This document shows, piece by piece, positions 48,183 through 61,754 of a DNA stretch of 64,000 bases (within the stretch, counting starts at the first letter, position 1; each line of letters starts with the position of its first letter). This DNA comes from Lophium mytilinum (taxonomy: Eukaryota). The position numbers and the translations under genes were made by a program. The notes under the pieces are model-generated. The model saw nothing but the letters and a program-made list of their open reading frames with translations, searched no databases and had not been told where the DNA came from. The stretch is from contig MU004186.1 of assembly GCA_010093605.1 (NCBI GenBank), forward strand, positions 17,765-81,764, read 5' to 3'.

Positions 48183-49916
48183 ATGTCGTCGGATTCTTTG
48201 AAAGGCGACGACTCGACAGTCACGACCAGGAATGTGGCGCCTCCGAAGTTGCCCGACAAGTTCGCAGATGAAAGCTACAAGCTCTTCTCTCAAGTAATAG
48301 TGGAAGAACCAACGCCAGAGGAAGCAAAGAGGATTCAAAAGAAGCTCGTTCGACGAATATTACCGTTCATATGTGTCGGATACCATTTGATGTACGTAGA
48401 CAAGCAGACTGTGAGTATCAATCTTTGTTTTCCTGCCCTTCCAACCACGAAGCTCACAGTGATTAGCTTGGAAGCTCTGCCATTCTAGGGATATTGAAGG
48501 ATGGGCACCTGAATGCAAATCAATACAATTGGCTTTCGTCTATCTTCTACCTTGGATACTTGGTGGCGGAATGGCCGCAGAATCTAGCTTTGCAGCGTTT
48601 CCCCGTGGCGAAGTGGCTGGCCGGTAATCTGATTATTTGGTGAGAATCACGCTTCAGCTCTGTCTTCGATCCCGCTGACTTTCAATCAGGGGATGCATTC
48701 TACTGCTGCACATTCCTTGCAAGAACTTCGCGTCGCTCTTCGTCGTGCGGTTTTTCCTCGGCCTTGCAGAAGCCTGCATCGTGCCCTCGTTTTTACTTAT
48801 CCTGGGAATGTTCTTTACATATGACGAGCAGTCGGTGCTGATGCCTCTCATGTGGGCGGCCGGCAATGCTAGTCCTATCACCTCTGGCTTGCTGTCTTAC
48901 GGCGTTCTGTGGATTGATACTGGTAGCTTCTCGTCGTGGAAATGGTTCATGGGTAAGAGACTCCGTCCGTGACTCCAATCAAACTGTGACGAACACTAAC
49001 ACCAGGCTTAACAGTCATCACCGGCTCCTTGACCGTCATCTTCGGCATCTCGGTCTGGTTCTTCTTTCCAGACAGCCCGCTCACGGCAAGCTTCCTTACC
49101 CTTGAGGAACGCGCGCAAGCCATCCTTCGCATCCAATCCAATCATTCTGGTATCGAGCAGAAGCACTTTAAACGGCACCAGTTCATTGAAGCCATTCGCG
49201 ATCCGAAAACGTGGTTGTTTTTCCTGCACGCTTGGTCCCAAGAGATGGCCAACGGGCTCACCAACCAGTACTCCCTGATCATCAAATCGTTCGGCTTCAC
49301 TACTCTTCAAACCACCCTGCTCGGCTGCATCACAGGCCTTACCTCCCTTGTCTCTCTGCTCGCAGCTGCTGTCATACTAGCGAAGACACGGAACAGTCGA
49401 GCTTGGCTGAGTGCCGCAGCTTACATCCCGCCCATCATCTCCTGCATTCTTCTCATTGCACTTCCTTGGAGCAACCGCTGGGGTCTCTTATCAGCTATCT
49501 GGATCCGTTCGACTGGCGGTATCCCGTACGCCGTCGTCATGATATGGGCTGCAAACTGCTCGGCTGGTCATACGAAGAAGACGGCGGTCATCGCACTTTA
49601 CCACGTCGGATACGGCCTAGGAAACCTCCTCTCGCCACAGCTCTTCCAGCCGCAGTATGCGCCGCGGTATATTGTCACTTGGGCTGTGATTCTAGGGGTT
49701 GCGTGTGTACTCCCGTCCGCTATTGTGCTGTACTTAAGATGGTATTTGGTGAAGGAGAACAGGAGGCGGGACGCACTCGACCAGCAAGGGAAGGTTCAAG
49801 AGATTGGGATTGTGGAGCATCTTGATGAGAGCGGCGAGACGACTGAAGATGTGGTTGATGCCAGGCAACTTGATCTAACCGATCGGGAAAATTTGGCGTT
49901 TCGATACGTTCTATAG
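48183..49916 (+). CDS. MFS transporter, Dal5/allantoate permease (anion:cation symporter) family
   Basis: RILPF..YVDKQT, RFFLGLAEA, FFPDSP..ASFLT.EER, AGHTKK, PQLF....APRY and DLTDREN..FRY motifs. Three introns (~48411, ~48640, ~48953). Confidence 0.9.
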
Positions 49917-50532
49917 AGGAAGCTTTGCTCGCTGAACTCCTCCATGCGTGTCGTCTCAGAAACAGGCGTACTATCTGCTCATCACATCATCAGCGGCTCT
50001 ACAGACTGCTCCTCCATACATATATGCAAGAGTCAAGACACAAATCGATATTCTATTCCAGTCACGTGTAGCAGCGCTCTTCGCTCCGATTCGAACAGTG
50101 GCAGACATAAGCATTTCCCAAGACCCAGAGTACCGCATACGTGTACCCGCACCCTGCCTTATCGACGAACGTTTCCGATCCCTCGCCTCCGAGTCAGCGG
50201 GCGACCTGCAGATCCTGGTAGTTCCATGTGCGATATGTCGTTCGGATCGCGCCATCAACACCATGCAACGCGCAACACTGACATCGCCAAAGCTTAACGA
50301 CGGCAAATAGAGACCGTCTAAAGGTCCACTATTATACTAGAACTATGGACAATTGAACAGAGTCAGTTCGGGCCGATCTTTGCTAGCTTTGGAGTCGCGG
50401 GGTTCAAAATGTGAACCGTCTGCTCAACATGCAGCTGGTCCTCTGGTCCTGGGAGTTGCATCGCCTCTTCTTCTCTATTGTCTGAGTTTCTTCGAGCTTC
50501 AACGAAGCATATCAAGTTGAAATTACTTCGCA

Positions 50533-52217
50533 ATGGCGGCTAACGAGAAAGACGAAAATGTTAATATCGTTCCTTCATCTCCTTCAGCCTCCGACCATGA
50601 GCTAGACTCGCACCCTCGAGCGAAAGACAATGCGTGGATCAAGCTGATGACTTACCTCCACTGGTATCCGCACGACATGCCTAGCAAGGAAAAGGCCTTG
50701 ATTCTGAAGCTTGATCTGAGCATCTTGATCTTCGGATGCTTGTCATTCTTCACCAAATACCTAGACCAGCAGTCGTTAACGAATGCCTATGTCAGGTAAG
50801 CACATTCCCCAAAACGGAATGCGTGCCCCATCTAACTATCTCCAGTGGCATGAAAGAAGAGTTGGGCCTGCACGGCAAAGAAATCAATTACCTAACCGCC
50901 ACATTCTGGGCCTCGTACTGCACTTTCATGATTCCAGCCTGCTACTTTCTAACCCACTACCCTGCGAACATCGTACTACCCATTTTGGAAGTGGGATGGG
51001 GCCTCTCTACTTTCGGTCTAGCGTGGGCGCAGAACGTGCAAACGGTATATGCGATGCGCTTCTTCACCGGCATCTTCGAATGCTGCAGTTTCACGGGGAC
51101 AATCTACGTCATTGGGAGCTGGTACAAGCCGCAAGAGATTGGGAGACGTGTTGCGCTTTTCTTTATTGCGAGTCCGCTAGGCACCATGTTTGCAGGTTAC
51201 TTGCAGGCAGCGGCATACAAGAACCTGAATGGGGTTCATGGGCTGGCTGGCTGGAGGTAAGACCCCAACGGCCTCATCGTGCCCGACGTTATCTAACTTT
51301 ACTGGCTGAATCTAGGTGGCTCTTCATCGTCGACGCCATCATCACCCTACCCATCTGCCTCCTAGGCTTCTTCGTCTTCCCCGACGTCCCATCGCGCAGA
51401 AAGCCGCGATTCCTGACAGCCATCGACCAAGCTTTCGCACAAAAGCGTCTGCAAGGCTTCACAGCACCACCGCAGCTTCGAATCTCAAGGTCGATCTTCC
51501 GCCGCGTCTTCTCTCGCTGGCATTGGTATCTTTTCGTCGCGCAATGGGCCATTATGGACCAGAACTTCCTCCCAAGCGCGCAGCCCTTCTCCCTCTACCT
51601 GAAAGCAAAGAGCCATATCTACTCCGTCGTCCGTATCAACACGTTGCCCACGATTGCGACGGCCGTGAGTGTTGTTGCCGCTATCACGTGCGGAATCGTT
51701 GCGGATAGGACGGGCAGGTTCTGGGTCCCGGCCTATCTAGTAACACTCCCCGTGATTGTGGGGACGGCGCTGCTAGTAGCGTGGGATGTGGGTGAGAGCG
51801 GAAGATTGGCGGGCTTTATACTAACTGGATTTGAGGGAGGTGCGTTCATGTTATCTTCGGGCGTTCTTTGAAGTGATCAGCTAATCGTATCTAGCCATGT
51901 CTCCATTGACCATGGGATGGGCGACTGTAACCATGGCCGGTGATGCCGAGGAGCGTGCAGTCGTGACAGCGAGTATGAACGCGATCGGGCAAGGTATCAT
52001 GGCCGGAACGCAGGTGGTACAGTATTCTGCGACAAGTGCACCCAACTTCCATGGAGGATTCAGTAGTATTCTGGCGACGTCGGTGGTGCAGTTAGGTCTC
52101 ATCACAGCCATCTTGTACCTTACTTCCAGGGATAAAAAGAAAGCTGGGAACGGAGACTTGAAGAGTAGAGATGTCGAGGTCGGGGAGCCGGCTATTTTGG
52201 TTGCGGAAAAGCTGTGA
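50533..52217 (+). CDS. MFS transporter, Fen2/Liz1/Seo1 (pantothenate-transporter-like ACS) family
   Basis: KLDLSIL..CLSFFTKYLDQ..LTNAYVSGMKEEL, GSWYKPQEIGRR and GLAGWRWLFIVDAIITLP motifs. Three introns (~50796, ~51257, ~51840). Confidence 0.9.
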
Positions 52218-52774
52218 CGAGTGGGAGACTGTAGAAGGGCGTACCTCGTCAATTTCGACGCATCTAGAGCTGCTATGACCTGGCCCTAGTCTCTAAGTTT
52301 TAAGCGATCGATGAATGAGAATGAGGCTTAGGACCGAAAATAGGGACCAGTATTCGTTATATTCTGCAGTTAAGAGCCTATAATAAAGGTAACACGTCGC
52401 TTATCGACATAGTATGACTCTACATACAAGTATCTTGAGAAACCGAGATAATCTCACCACTAGGGTTGTCGGGAGGATGGAGAAACGCTGCGTCAATCAT
52501 ACATAACAACACTAGCAAGATCATGGGAAGCGCGGGTTTTCAGCGGCCTGGCCGATATTCAAAGGTTGTACGAATAATGAAGCTCAGAAAGGCTTGCGCG
52601 AGGAAGGTCAATTTCATGAATCCTGCAACTTCCTTCCTCCAGCTCCGAATAGTGAGTTGCCGAATCTGGGACTGTAGTATCCCGAGTTTTGGTCCAGTAT
52701 AAGAGCAAGGCCAGCTTCAACAGCTCCAGCTCCTCTTCCACCGCTCGTCTCTTCCTCCTGGACAACTCATTTCT

Positions 52775-54570
52775 TTAAGCCACGACCATCTCGAGATTTC
52801 TCACAATCTCTACCTGACGCTCTTCCCAGAAAGACCGCAACTTCTCACCAAGTGAACCAATTTGAACCGCCCCGAGCTCCTCATAAGCCTCCAGAATAGG
52901 TCTGAACATCCCCAAAGGCGTCTCCAAAGCCTTCGCTTTGTGCTCAGAAACTCGCCCGCCCTGCTCGTTGGTCACTTGGTGAGCTTCCTGGAGCGCCGAC
53001 TCCATCGTTCCCAGGATATACTCCCCAGGCAAGAGCTTTGGAAGGTTGCAACTGCGGGCAAGTAACGTGAGGGCGCTCAATCTGATAGCAGTCTCTTCGG
53101 TGTAGATATCCGCTCCATCTAAGACACATTCCACGAGAGCATTGCGTCCGCTCGCGTCAACCTCCTCCGCATCGGCCCCGTGCTGAATGAGCAGCTCGGC
53201 AATGGCAACGCGCTCTCTAGCCCAGGCCAGGGGCCCGCCACCACACAAGGCAATGACCAGAGCTCCTCTACGCAGCCCCCCTTCGACTGTCGTGTAACCA
53301 CGTGCATCGGCGCCGCGTTGTAGGAGTTCATGAACGCACTTCAACCGGAGTCTGGCATTGGTCTCATCCGGTGGAGTGCGGTAGAGGGCTTCGCACAGGT
53401 CGTTGGTGGCGGACAAGAACTTTTTCTTGCGCTTTGATCCGTAGCGGCGCACGTAGTATTTATTGGAGACAGACACGCCGGCCTCAATGAGCATGACTGC
53501 TGCTTCCAGTCTCCCAGTGAGAAGAGAAACTCGGAGCGCTTTTTGGCCGGTGGGTACGTAGTCGCCCATGTCGTCCCAGACTTTGTTGCTGTAAACCAGG
53601 TTGCGATCTACGTCGGCCGCTAGAAGAAGGCTGAGCTGCGTATTGGATCGAGTTATGTCCTTTTCGTAGATCACCTCTAGCAGAATCGGGTCGTGACTGC
53701 GATCGTACCAGCTTAGATTCGCTCCGTGCTGGACGAGTAGCTTGAAGATGTCGAGGCTCTGGAGCCGGACTACTCTATGGAGGAATGACGAAGCAATTGC
53801 ATTACCTGCACCTATGAGTCGTTAGTTGCCGTTTTTGATTACGCTGGGCAAGCAATCGTCTTGCTGCCGCTTGGGGCGCTGGAAAAGAGACGAAATTTCA
53901 TCAATTTGTGAATCACACAAGATTCCTTGGACAAGGCGGAGCGTCGGTGCGTTGACTTCTCTGCCGGTTGCATAACACAACGAAGTACCTCAAACAAAGT
54001 ATAAGAGTACAGTGACAAATGAAAAATGAACCTACATGATACTGTTACACCTGGCTGTACATTTGCCGTGGGATTGGCAGAATATTTCGAAAGAAGTAGC
54101 TCGATGGTTTCAACGATAGTCTGAACCCTTTGTCCTTGGCTGTCGAATTTGCAAGCAAGGCACGTCATCATGTCCAGCACTCTGGTGGCTTCATCCGCAC
54201 TGAGCCTTCCAAGCGTACCCGCTTTCACGACGAACAAGTAGATGATATCTGACTGCTCGTATCGTCCGCTGGTGACGTAAGTGTATAAAGGCCAGGGTCC
54301 TCCCGCACCATCGACGCCTGCGTTTCCATGCTCGAGAAGGTAGCGCACAAGTGCAGTCTTGGACTGCAGCACGGCCCAGTCGATTGCGTTGGTAGTTGAG
54401 CTTGCCGAGATCGAAGGGCCGATCCGGGGGGCGTTGGCTCTCCTGTGCAAATCAGTGAAGAGTTGGTCGTTGAACCGCCGACCGAGGCTGGAAAGTCGAC
54501 CAAGAGACGTGTCGTCAAGGTACCCGGCGATCTGTAATAGCAACTCGCTCGGCAGAGCACTCAGCCCCAT
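52775..54570 (-). CDS. F-box + ankyrin repeat protein
   Basis: N-terminal LSALPSELLLQIAGYL F-box. Ankyrin-like AIDWAV..LVRYLLEHG, KLLVQHGAN, ELLQRGAD and ELLIQHGAD segments. Exon junctions at ~53.8-54.05 kb are not resolved. Confidence 0.75.
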
Positions 54571-55322
54571 GGCGGGTGATGTACTGTACGTTCTTGTTGA
54601 TACGGAGTAGTTGTGTGGTGGTGGTGTGAAGAAGTCGAGCGGCGACGATGGCGGGTCAAGTTTATGGGGCCCTATTTCTATTCACCTTTCTGGTGTGGAG
54701 CACCACGTTTTTTAGAGGCGAAATCTCCGGCACAGCCCTTCTCCTCACCTCACCTCGGACGTCACAAGTTGACCCGGCAGCTGGCGTAGTTACTGCTCCC
54801 TTGATACAGTAAGGGGTAGTACAGTTTAGTGTGAAGGCAGTTCGTAAGAAGTAGTTCGAATTGCACGGTATGAAACCTGATATCGCGCCTGAATTCTCAG
54901 ACTCTAGTTGAATGACCACAAGCATCAGTGACGAATGTGCACAAACTTCTGGTCCATCTCTTCACACTCCACTCTCCTTCCTCTGCGCCTCCAGTATCTC
55001 CTCCTGGAGCTGCATTTCCAGCGCTTCTAGCTCCGCCAGTCGATACAGGCGCTCCTTTTCTGCACGTATAGCATCTATGCGATAGCGGAGAAAGTCGACA
55101 TGAGCAGAGTCGACCTGTGTAGGTTGGATTGAGTCCGGTCAAGCCTCTGGCGCAGCGCTCGGGTGATCCTCAGCAGGAAGGTACTCAGCGGGGTCAACCG
55201 CCGACGAGGAATCCAGAGTGGCGGTGACCGGCTCCGATCTCACGCCTATTGAATCGGTGGGTCGTTCCACGGAGGCTGCGATAGTGGACGATCTCGATGA
55301 ACTCCGGGCGTGAGTTGAAGCT

Positions 55323-56417
55323 TCAGCGGCCCTCTTCACCGGGAGATTGAGCTGCAGAGACCTGTAAAGGTTGGCGGCTATCAGATCCTGTCGCAATCAC
55401 ATCTGCACTCATTAAACCCACTGATTTATGCTCCAATGCTTCAGGTTGCGCACGAGACTCCGGAGGGCCAGAGCTACTACCATTTCCACCAGGCTCCCCA
55501 GCCCGTTGACGGCGCCGGTGTCGTATAAGAAAGAACAGCAACACAGACGCAACCGCGACAGCAAAAACAACACCCACCGCAATCCCAGCCTTCGCCCCTC
55601 CAGAAAGCCCATTTTGCCCGAAAGACGCAGGCGTTGGCGCAGGCGTCCCGGTCATGATCGCCAGCACCTCTCGATCAGTCGACTCCCAGAGCACCGAAAT
55701 CGGCAGAGCTGAAATGACAACAAGACTCGTGAACGTTGTCGATGCTTCCGTTGTAAACGCATTCGTGTCGACCTGCCTCACTACGCTGGTGACCCTTCCA
55801 GAGACTGTGCGCACGCATTGCTGAGCTCTCGGCATAGAGTCAGAGGGCAGTGAGGTATCGATTTCGCAGGACAGCCCGCTGCGAAGGACTGTGTGTTAGA
55901 GGATACGCTAGATTTAACGTGGGAGGATGCTCAAGAGGAGACAGGTAAGCTTACGAAGGGCAGCACACAGCTTGTATCCTCGCGCCGGCCGGAAACCCAA
56001 CGGGATCAACCCCAATGTTCCCAGCGACGTACGTTGGCGCGCACGCTGACGTCCAGCCATAGGGACACACTGCTGGGGAGTAGTAGAAAAACCCAGGATT
56101 GATTTTGTAATGGTTGCCCAACCGCGGAGGCCAAGACGGATAGCATTCTGGCATCCAGCCAGGAGCAGACGCTGGGGCTAGGACCACATGATCGCACCGT
56201 GGGTTGAAATACTTGCATTCACGATGGCACCACCACTCCGGATGTACTCTACGTCGTAAGTAACCGCAGTAGTTTTGAAACATGACTCAGGCGGTGTGAA
56301 GACAGTAGTTAATGGACCGAAATTGTAGAATTGAATGTCGGTTGGTGCTGTCAGGACGCCGACAAGAGAGGTAGCCTCTGCAAAGGTTTTTGACGGAGCG
56401 GCCGTCGTTGAAGTCAT
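55323..56417 (-). CDS. Fungal single-pass membrane protein (GPLTT..TPP..C / YSP..CP.G / CCPS family), apparently frameshifted
   Basis: GPLTTVFTPPESC, YYSPAVCPYGW and AVCCPS motifs, then LSGGAKAGIAVGV..RHRRR transmembrane segment. Frame break near 56180-56280 and an intron near 55955. Confidence 0.6.
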
Positions 56418-57025
56418 ATTGTCAAGGTGAAAGGGTTCACAAGTGCTTGGAAGCGACAGGCAGGCTATGCGGGACAGGGAGGTGATGGCGCAGATGAAGA
56501 CAGGACGAGGCGCGCATGGCCAACTATTGAGAGGCTCGAAATAGGTACTTATATGAAATTTTGCAGGCCAGGGGGTGCATAGGCCCGGACCCCGGCTGTG
56601 TTGGTACAAAGTACACCGATACAACTCCCCTGCACTCGTCTATTATACCTTGAAAGGGCGAGCCGCAGATGGGGCCAAGGTCCCCAGAACGAGGAAGCGA
56701 AAAGGTGGAACGACTCTCTTCCTACCATTCTTTTGGGGTCGCTTTTCGTATCGAACGTCCTTCTTTTCTGACACTGTCGCGATGGGCTATGTCGCGATGG
56801 AGGTCAGCCGTTGCTGGTGTTGCTTTGACTAGGTCAAGGTAAGTACGACGAGTGGAAAGCGCTACCAGAACCCTAGACATTATTGCAATCTCGTCAATGT
56901 CGTGCCTATTCCCAAACCCCGCGTCCATCTCGTGTGTCCATTCATTTTCAAAGTTCAATTTCTTTCCTGTCTCTTTCCAATTTCTGCCCATGTATACTCA
57001 ATTTCTTTCTCGTCTTCTCTTCACT

Positions 57026-60000
57026 TCAAATCGGTTCATCTCTAGGTTCAATGAGCACCTCATTAACCGCCACATGTGCCGGCTGTCGTAGCGCATACAC
57101 GATACTATTTGCAACATCGTCCGCATCCAGAATCTTCGCTCCACTCGGCTCGCCATACTTCTTAACAGCTTCTTGATCGCGGCTCATGCCCAGCAACGCG
57201 GTCGCGGTATTACCCGGCTGCACGCTCGTAACCCTCAACCCAGTTCCAGCAGTCTCTAGACGTAGAGATTGCAAGGTAGCTTCAACGAAGAATTTACTCG
57301 CGCTATACACACCCAAGCCAGGGAAGACCTTCCGTCCAGCATCAGACGAAATAGCAACGATGTGTCCACTTCCTTTCGCTAGCATGTTAGGGATGGATGA
57401 AGCCAAAACGTGAAGGAGACCTTTGCAATTGACGTCGACGGTCCTATCCCAGTCGTCCACGTGAGTATTGGCCATCATGGTGAAGTACATGACACCGGCG
57501 CAGGAGACGACGATATCGACCGGACCCAGCTCGTCGTTGGCGGCCTTGAAGAGAGCGGTGACTTGCTCTGGGGACGTTACATCTGTCGGGCAAATGATAG
57601 CGCGGCCTTCGCGGACGACGAGACGGCGTTTCACATCTTCGAGGGCGTCCAAGCGACGAGCAGCGAGAGCGACGTGACACCCTTCTCTGGCGAGAGCGGA
57701 AGCGACAGCAGCACCAATGCCCGAGGACGCACCGGTTACGACTGCTACACGCCCACTGAGGGGTCCTTTGCGGATGGGCTGGGCAGATCCGCCAAGAGAG
57801 TGTTGGCGGGAGGGCGCTCGGGAGAGCCAGCCACGGGCAAACCAATGGCGAGTGTAGGTTTCGAGCAAGATACTGTCGACCTTTGGCCGTTCGACCACTA
57901 AGCGGAAGGGCCGGGTGGCAGCGTTGTTGAGAACGACAATACCACGGAGGAACTCAACCGTGGGCATACCGCTGCGGAGAATGTCGACGGTGAAGGAACC
58001 GTCACCACCTTTGACAGATCCTCTCTTCTCAGTCCAGAGAGACACCCATTCGTCAAAGCTCAGTCGCTGAGTTGAGTATCCAAGCTCCTTCAGATCCTCA
58101 AACACGTCCTTCGTGTCAACGGGGTCGGGGTCGCCCAGATGGAAGACGACTTGCTCTATGTCTGTCTGACAAGAGAGATGGATGATAGCTTTACTAACGA
58201 AGTCGACAGGAGTCATCTCAGCGCGCCATCCTTCAACGTCAGGGGCGTAGCCGAGTTGAATGGATTCCACAATCAAAGCCGTCAAAAGATCCCAGGCGTT
58301 GGCCGCACCCGTTGCACTGTGGCCGCTGATTGTGCCTGCTCGGTGGATCTTGACTGGGAGCCCACGACGGCCAGCCTCCAGCACAAGCTGCTCTGCCACC
58401 CACTTAGTCTGCCCATAGCCGTCTAGCAGCTTCGTAGGTACATCGTCGACATCGAGCATCTCGGATTCGGGCCAGCCTTTCTCTGGGGATGGCGGCAGAA
58501 CGCCATTGGTAGACACGTACTGCACGGTAGCGCCACCTTGGCATGCCAGGCGAAGAATTTCTCTCGTGCCTCCGACGTTGGGCGCTCGTAGTGGAGCATA
58601 GGGATACACCAAGTTGACGGTAGCGGCAGCGTGGACAATGACATCAACACGAGTAGCGAGCTTTTCAAAGGCGTCCGGGGACAGACCAAACCGCTTTCGA
58701 GACAAATTACCCGGGACAATCTCGACACGCTCCATGATGGAATCACGCCACAAACCCATATCTAGCAGATTTCGACGTATTCTCGCTATGCCTCCAGGCT
58801 GATCGTCCTCCTCAGGGTCGTTGAATCGTACAAGACATAAGATCTGTGCTGATGTGCTTTCCAATAGATCATTCAGTAGAAAAGCGCCCAAAAATCCAGT
58901 CACACCGGTTAAGAGGACTGTCTTTGCTTGACTGACTGAGCATATCTTGGTATCGCTGGAGGGTCGTATGTCATCATCAAGGGTGGCATCGGCACGCAGC
59001 ACAGCGGGAAGATCCGCTTGGACCGCCGCTGTGTGTCCGTCTCTCACATCGCGCACCGTCTTCAGGTGGCCAAGGAGGGTCGTATCTCCAGCAAGACGAG
59101 CGATAGGGATGCGGAAGCCGAAAGTCCTGGACAGCCTCGATGCAAGATCAGCGAGTGACAATGAATGTCCGCCCAGGTCAAAAAAGTTGTCTTCCGGTTT
59201 GATGAGATTTCGTGACGTTTTGAGGGCCGTTGCCCAAATTGTAGCGATGTCATCGATTCCAATTGGGTCCTCTTCTACCTTTTGACCATTGCCATTGACC
59301 GGGCTGGAGCTCCGTGGTGCGGGTAGGCGTTTCAGATCGACTTTGCCAGAGACTTCATGAGTAGGGAGTTCTTCGAGATCAACCCACAGAGCGGGGATCA
59401 TGTACGGTGCTAAATACGGCGCAAGAGTGCGACGCGCCGCTGGACTGTGGCCAGACTCGTTGATCTGTATGGCAGGGCGATTTGCTTTGTCGTCCTTGTC
59501 CTGGACGATGTACGCAACTAGTTGCCGTTCGAGGCCTTCACCATGGGCAACTACGGCGCAGCGGCTGACAGCTAGGTGCTTCACAATGTCGTTTTCTACT
59601 TTGCCAGGGACGACAGAGTAACCACGGAGCTTGATCATAGCCCCTACGCGACCAGTAATCTCGAGGAGCCCCGAAGGGAGCAACCGCGCGAGATCCCCGG
59701 TTCTATACATCAACGCTCCCGAAGTTGAATCGAACGGGTCCGGTAGAAATGCTTTTGCGGTGGTCTCGGGCCGGTTAAGATAACCCCTAGCAAGTAGAGG
59801 GCCGCCGACAAAGAGCTCTCCGCTCGTCCGCTCTTCTACTTTTTGGCCACTGTCATTGAGAATGTAAGTGTGCTTCAAGTCTAGCGGTGGACCAACGGGA
59901 CAATAGAAAGCATCTTCATCGAGCATTTCTTTGATGTCCCCGACAGCAACCTCATGAGTCTCACACGCACTGTAGCAATTGAGTAGCCGTGCCTTGGGAA

Positions 60001-60920
60001 GACCTCGAATGGCTCGACGGGCCAGGTCAGTCGTAACGACCTCGCCGTTCAGCCACAGCGTGCGTAGCTCTGGAAGACGGTCGTCAAGATGCGGGTTGCG
60101 GGCGAGTACGGTGGCTAGAAGGGTGGGAGTCATGAGAGTCTCGGTGATGTGCTTGGAAGCAAGCAGGTCAACCAGGGCAGCCGGGTCGTAGCTGACCTCG
60201 TCAGGAACAGCTACGACAGTTGCTCCTCGGAAAAGAGGACGCAGAATCTCCCATATGAAGAAGACGTTACAAGCTACACGGTCCCCTGGCTGGACGTCTT
60301 GGAAGCCGAATCTCAGCTCATATGAGAGAACTGGTGCTCTATGTGGGTTCGCAATGCCCTTTGGCTTCCCCGTGGTACCACTCGAATAAGCGACGAATCT
60401 AGGAAAGTTTAATAGAGCTGCGATGATAAGTATTCTGGCTTGCGAGATGAACATACGCAAGTCTCTCGAGGTCGTCATCCGCAGGTAGGGGAGAAGGCTC
60501 TTTCGTATGTCCATTGAGCTCCCGTGCTGGCTCATCGAGGGTTATGAGAGGAAAACCGCTCTTGATCTTACCGACCTCAGCCCTATACGTGACCACGACA
60601 GCCGGGTTGGCATCCTCAAGCACGTCGGCCAGAAGGTCTGGGGGATAGGCAAGCTCGAGCACCAAAAATGCGCCTCCCGCTCGAAGAGCTGCAAGACACG
60701 CAATCACATAGTGAGCACTCCGCGGTAGAAGCACACCAACGAGACTGTCGCGACCGACTCCGTAGCCGCGAAGGCGCTGGGAGAGGCGGTCAACCTCGTC
60801 ATCAAGCTCGGCGTACGTGTAGGTGGAACTCTCGTCTTCCAAGGCCACTAGATGGGGTGTTTGTTTAACCTGGTGGCGGAAGAGGGCGGCCAAGTCCTTG
60901 GTGGTGTCAATGATGGCCAT
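57026..60920 (-). CDS. ATRR: NRPS-like glycine betaine reductase (A-T-R-R architecture), ~1278 aa
   Basis: A domain YSSGTTGKPKG and YRTGD; T domain FFDLGGHSL; thioester reductase LTGVTGFLG and GYGQTKW; C-terminal SDR VTGASSGIG and YSASK. Intron 60456-60399. The N-terminus MAIIDTTKDL is typical of this family. Confidence 0.92.
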
Positions 60921-61754
60921 GATGTCGTGAGTTGGGAGAGGGATGCGGGTTCACGATGGGAAAATGGGGTTGACATTCGCGACCCACTTTTGGAGTCCGC
61001 TACCGTGGGCGGTGCGACCAGGGCCACATCGTCACAAAGCACCAGTGTCGTCACAGATGGGCATGACGTTATTCGAGCTGGACCCTTCATTGGCAGCCGC
61101 CTGGCACGCGGGGCAAAGAAAACCAATTCGTAGTGCGGACTAGGCCCAGAAATCGGGTTTAAAACGTTCTTTTTGTTGGGAGAAAGGAACAAAGTTGGTC
61201 GTGGCGCCCGCGTCTTGGTGTTGAAAAAGCGTTATCAGGCCCGAAGCGGTAAGGCGATCCCCCCTAGTGTGTGCCGAGGTGCTGGGCATGGGGTAGAAGA
61301 ACCCTGAGGATGTTGAGAGCCTCCTCTTTTACACAACTACATTTCCCTATATTTACGTAAATGAGAAAAAGCAAACGAACTATAGAACATCAAATTACGT
61401 CGTCTGGTACACACCTACGTTAAATGCACCTCACGTTCTCTTGCACGTGATGAGACACTCTGGTTTACTACTCTAATCCAACACTGCCGGATTCATGCAG
61501 CATAATCGAGATTCCAGGATGATACATGATGTGGCGCTTATCTCTCAGGAAGCCCCGCCAATAATGCCACCGTTCCAAGGTTGTATGTAGCTACATAGTT
61601 CTCTTGGGCACCTGACCGCATGCGTGCCGAGGCGGTGCAACATTGAAGCTACATCAATAAAAATTCGATAGACCGCAATCTACTTACCACGCTTTCTACT
61701 CTGCCAAACGATATTTCGCCAAGTAGAAGTCAGTATAACTAGTTTACTCGTGCT

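Noticed and set aside
57186..60191. Many + strand ORFs overlapping ATRR (and - strand ORFs over the helicase and nuclease genes)
   Set aside because: Antisense or alternate-frame shadows of real GC-rich coding sequence.
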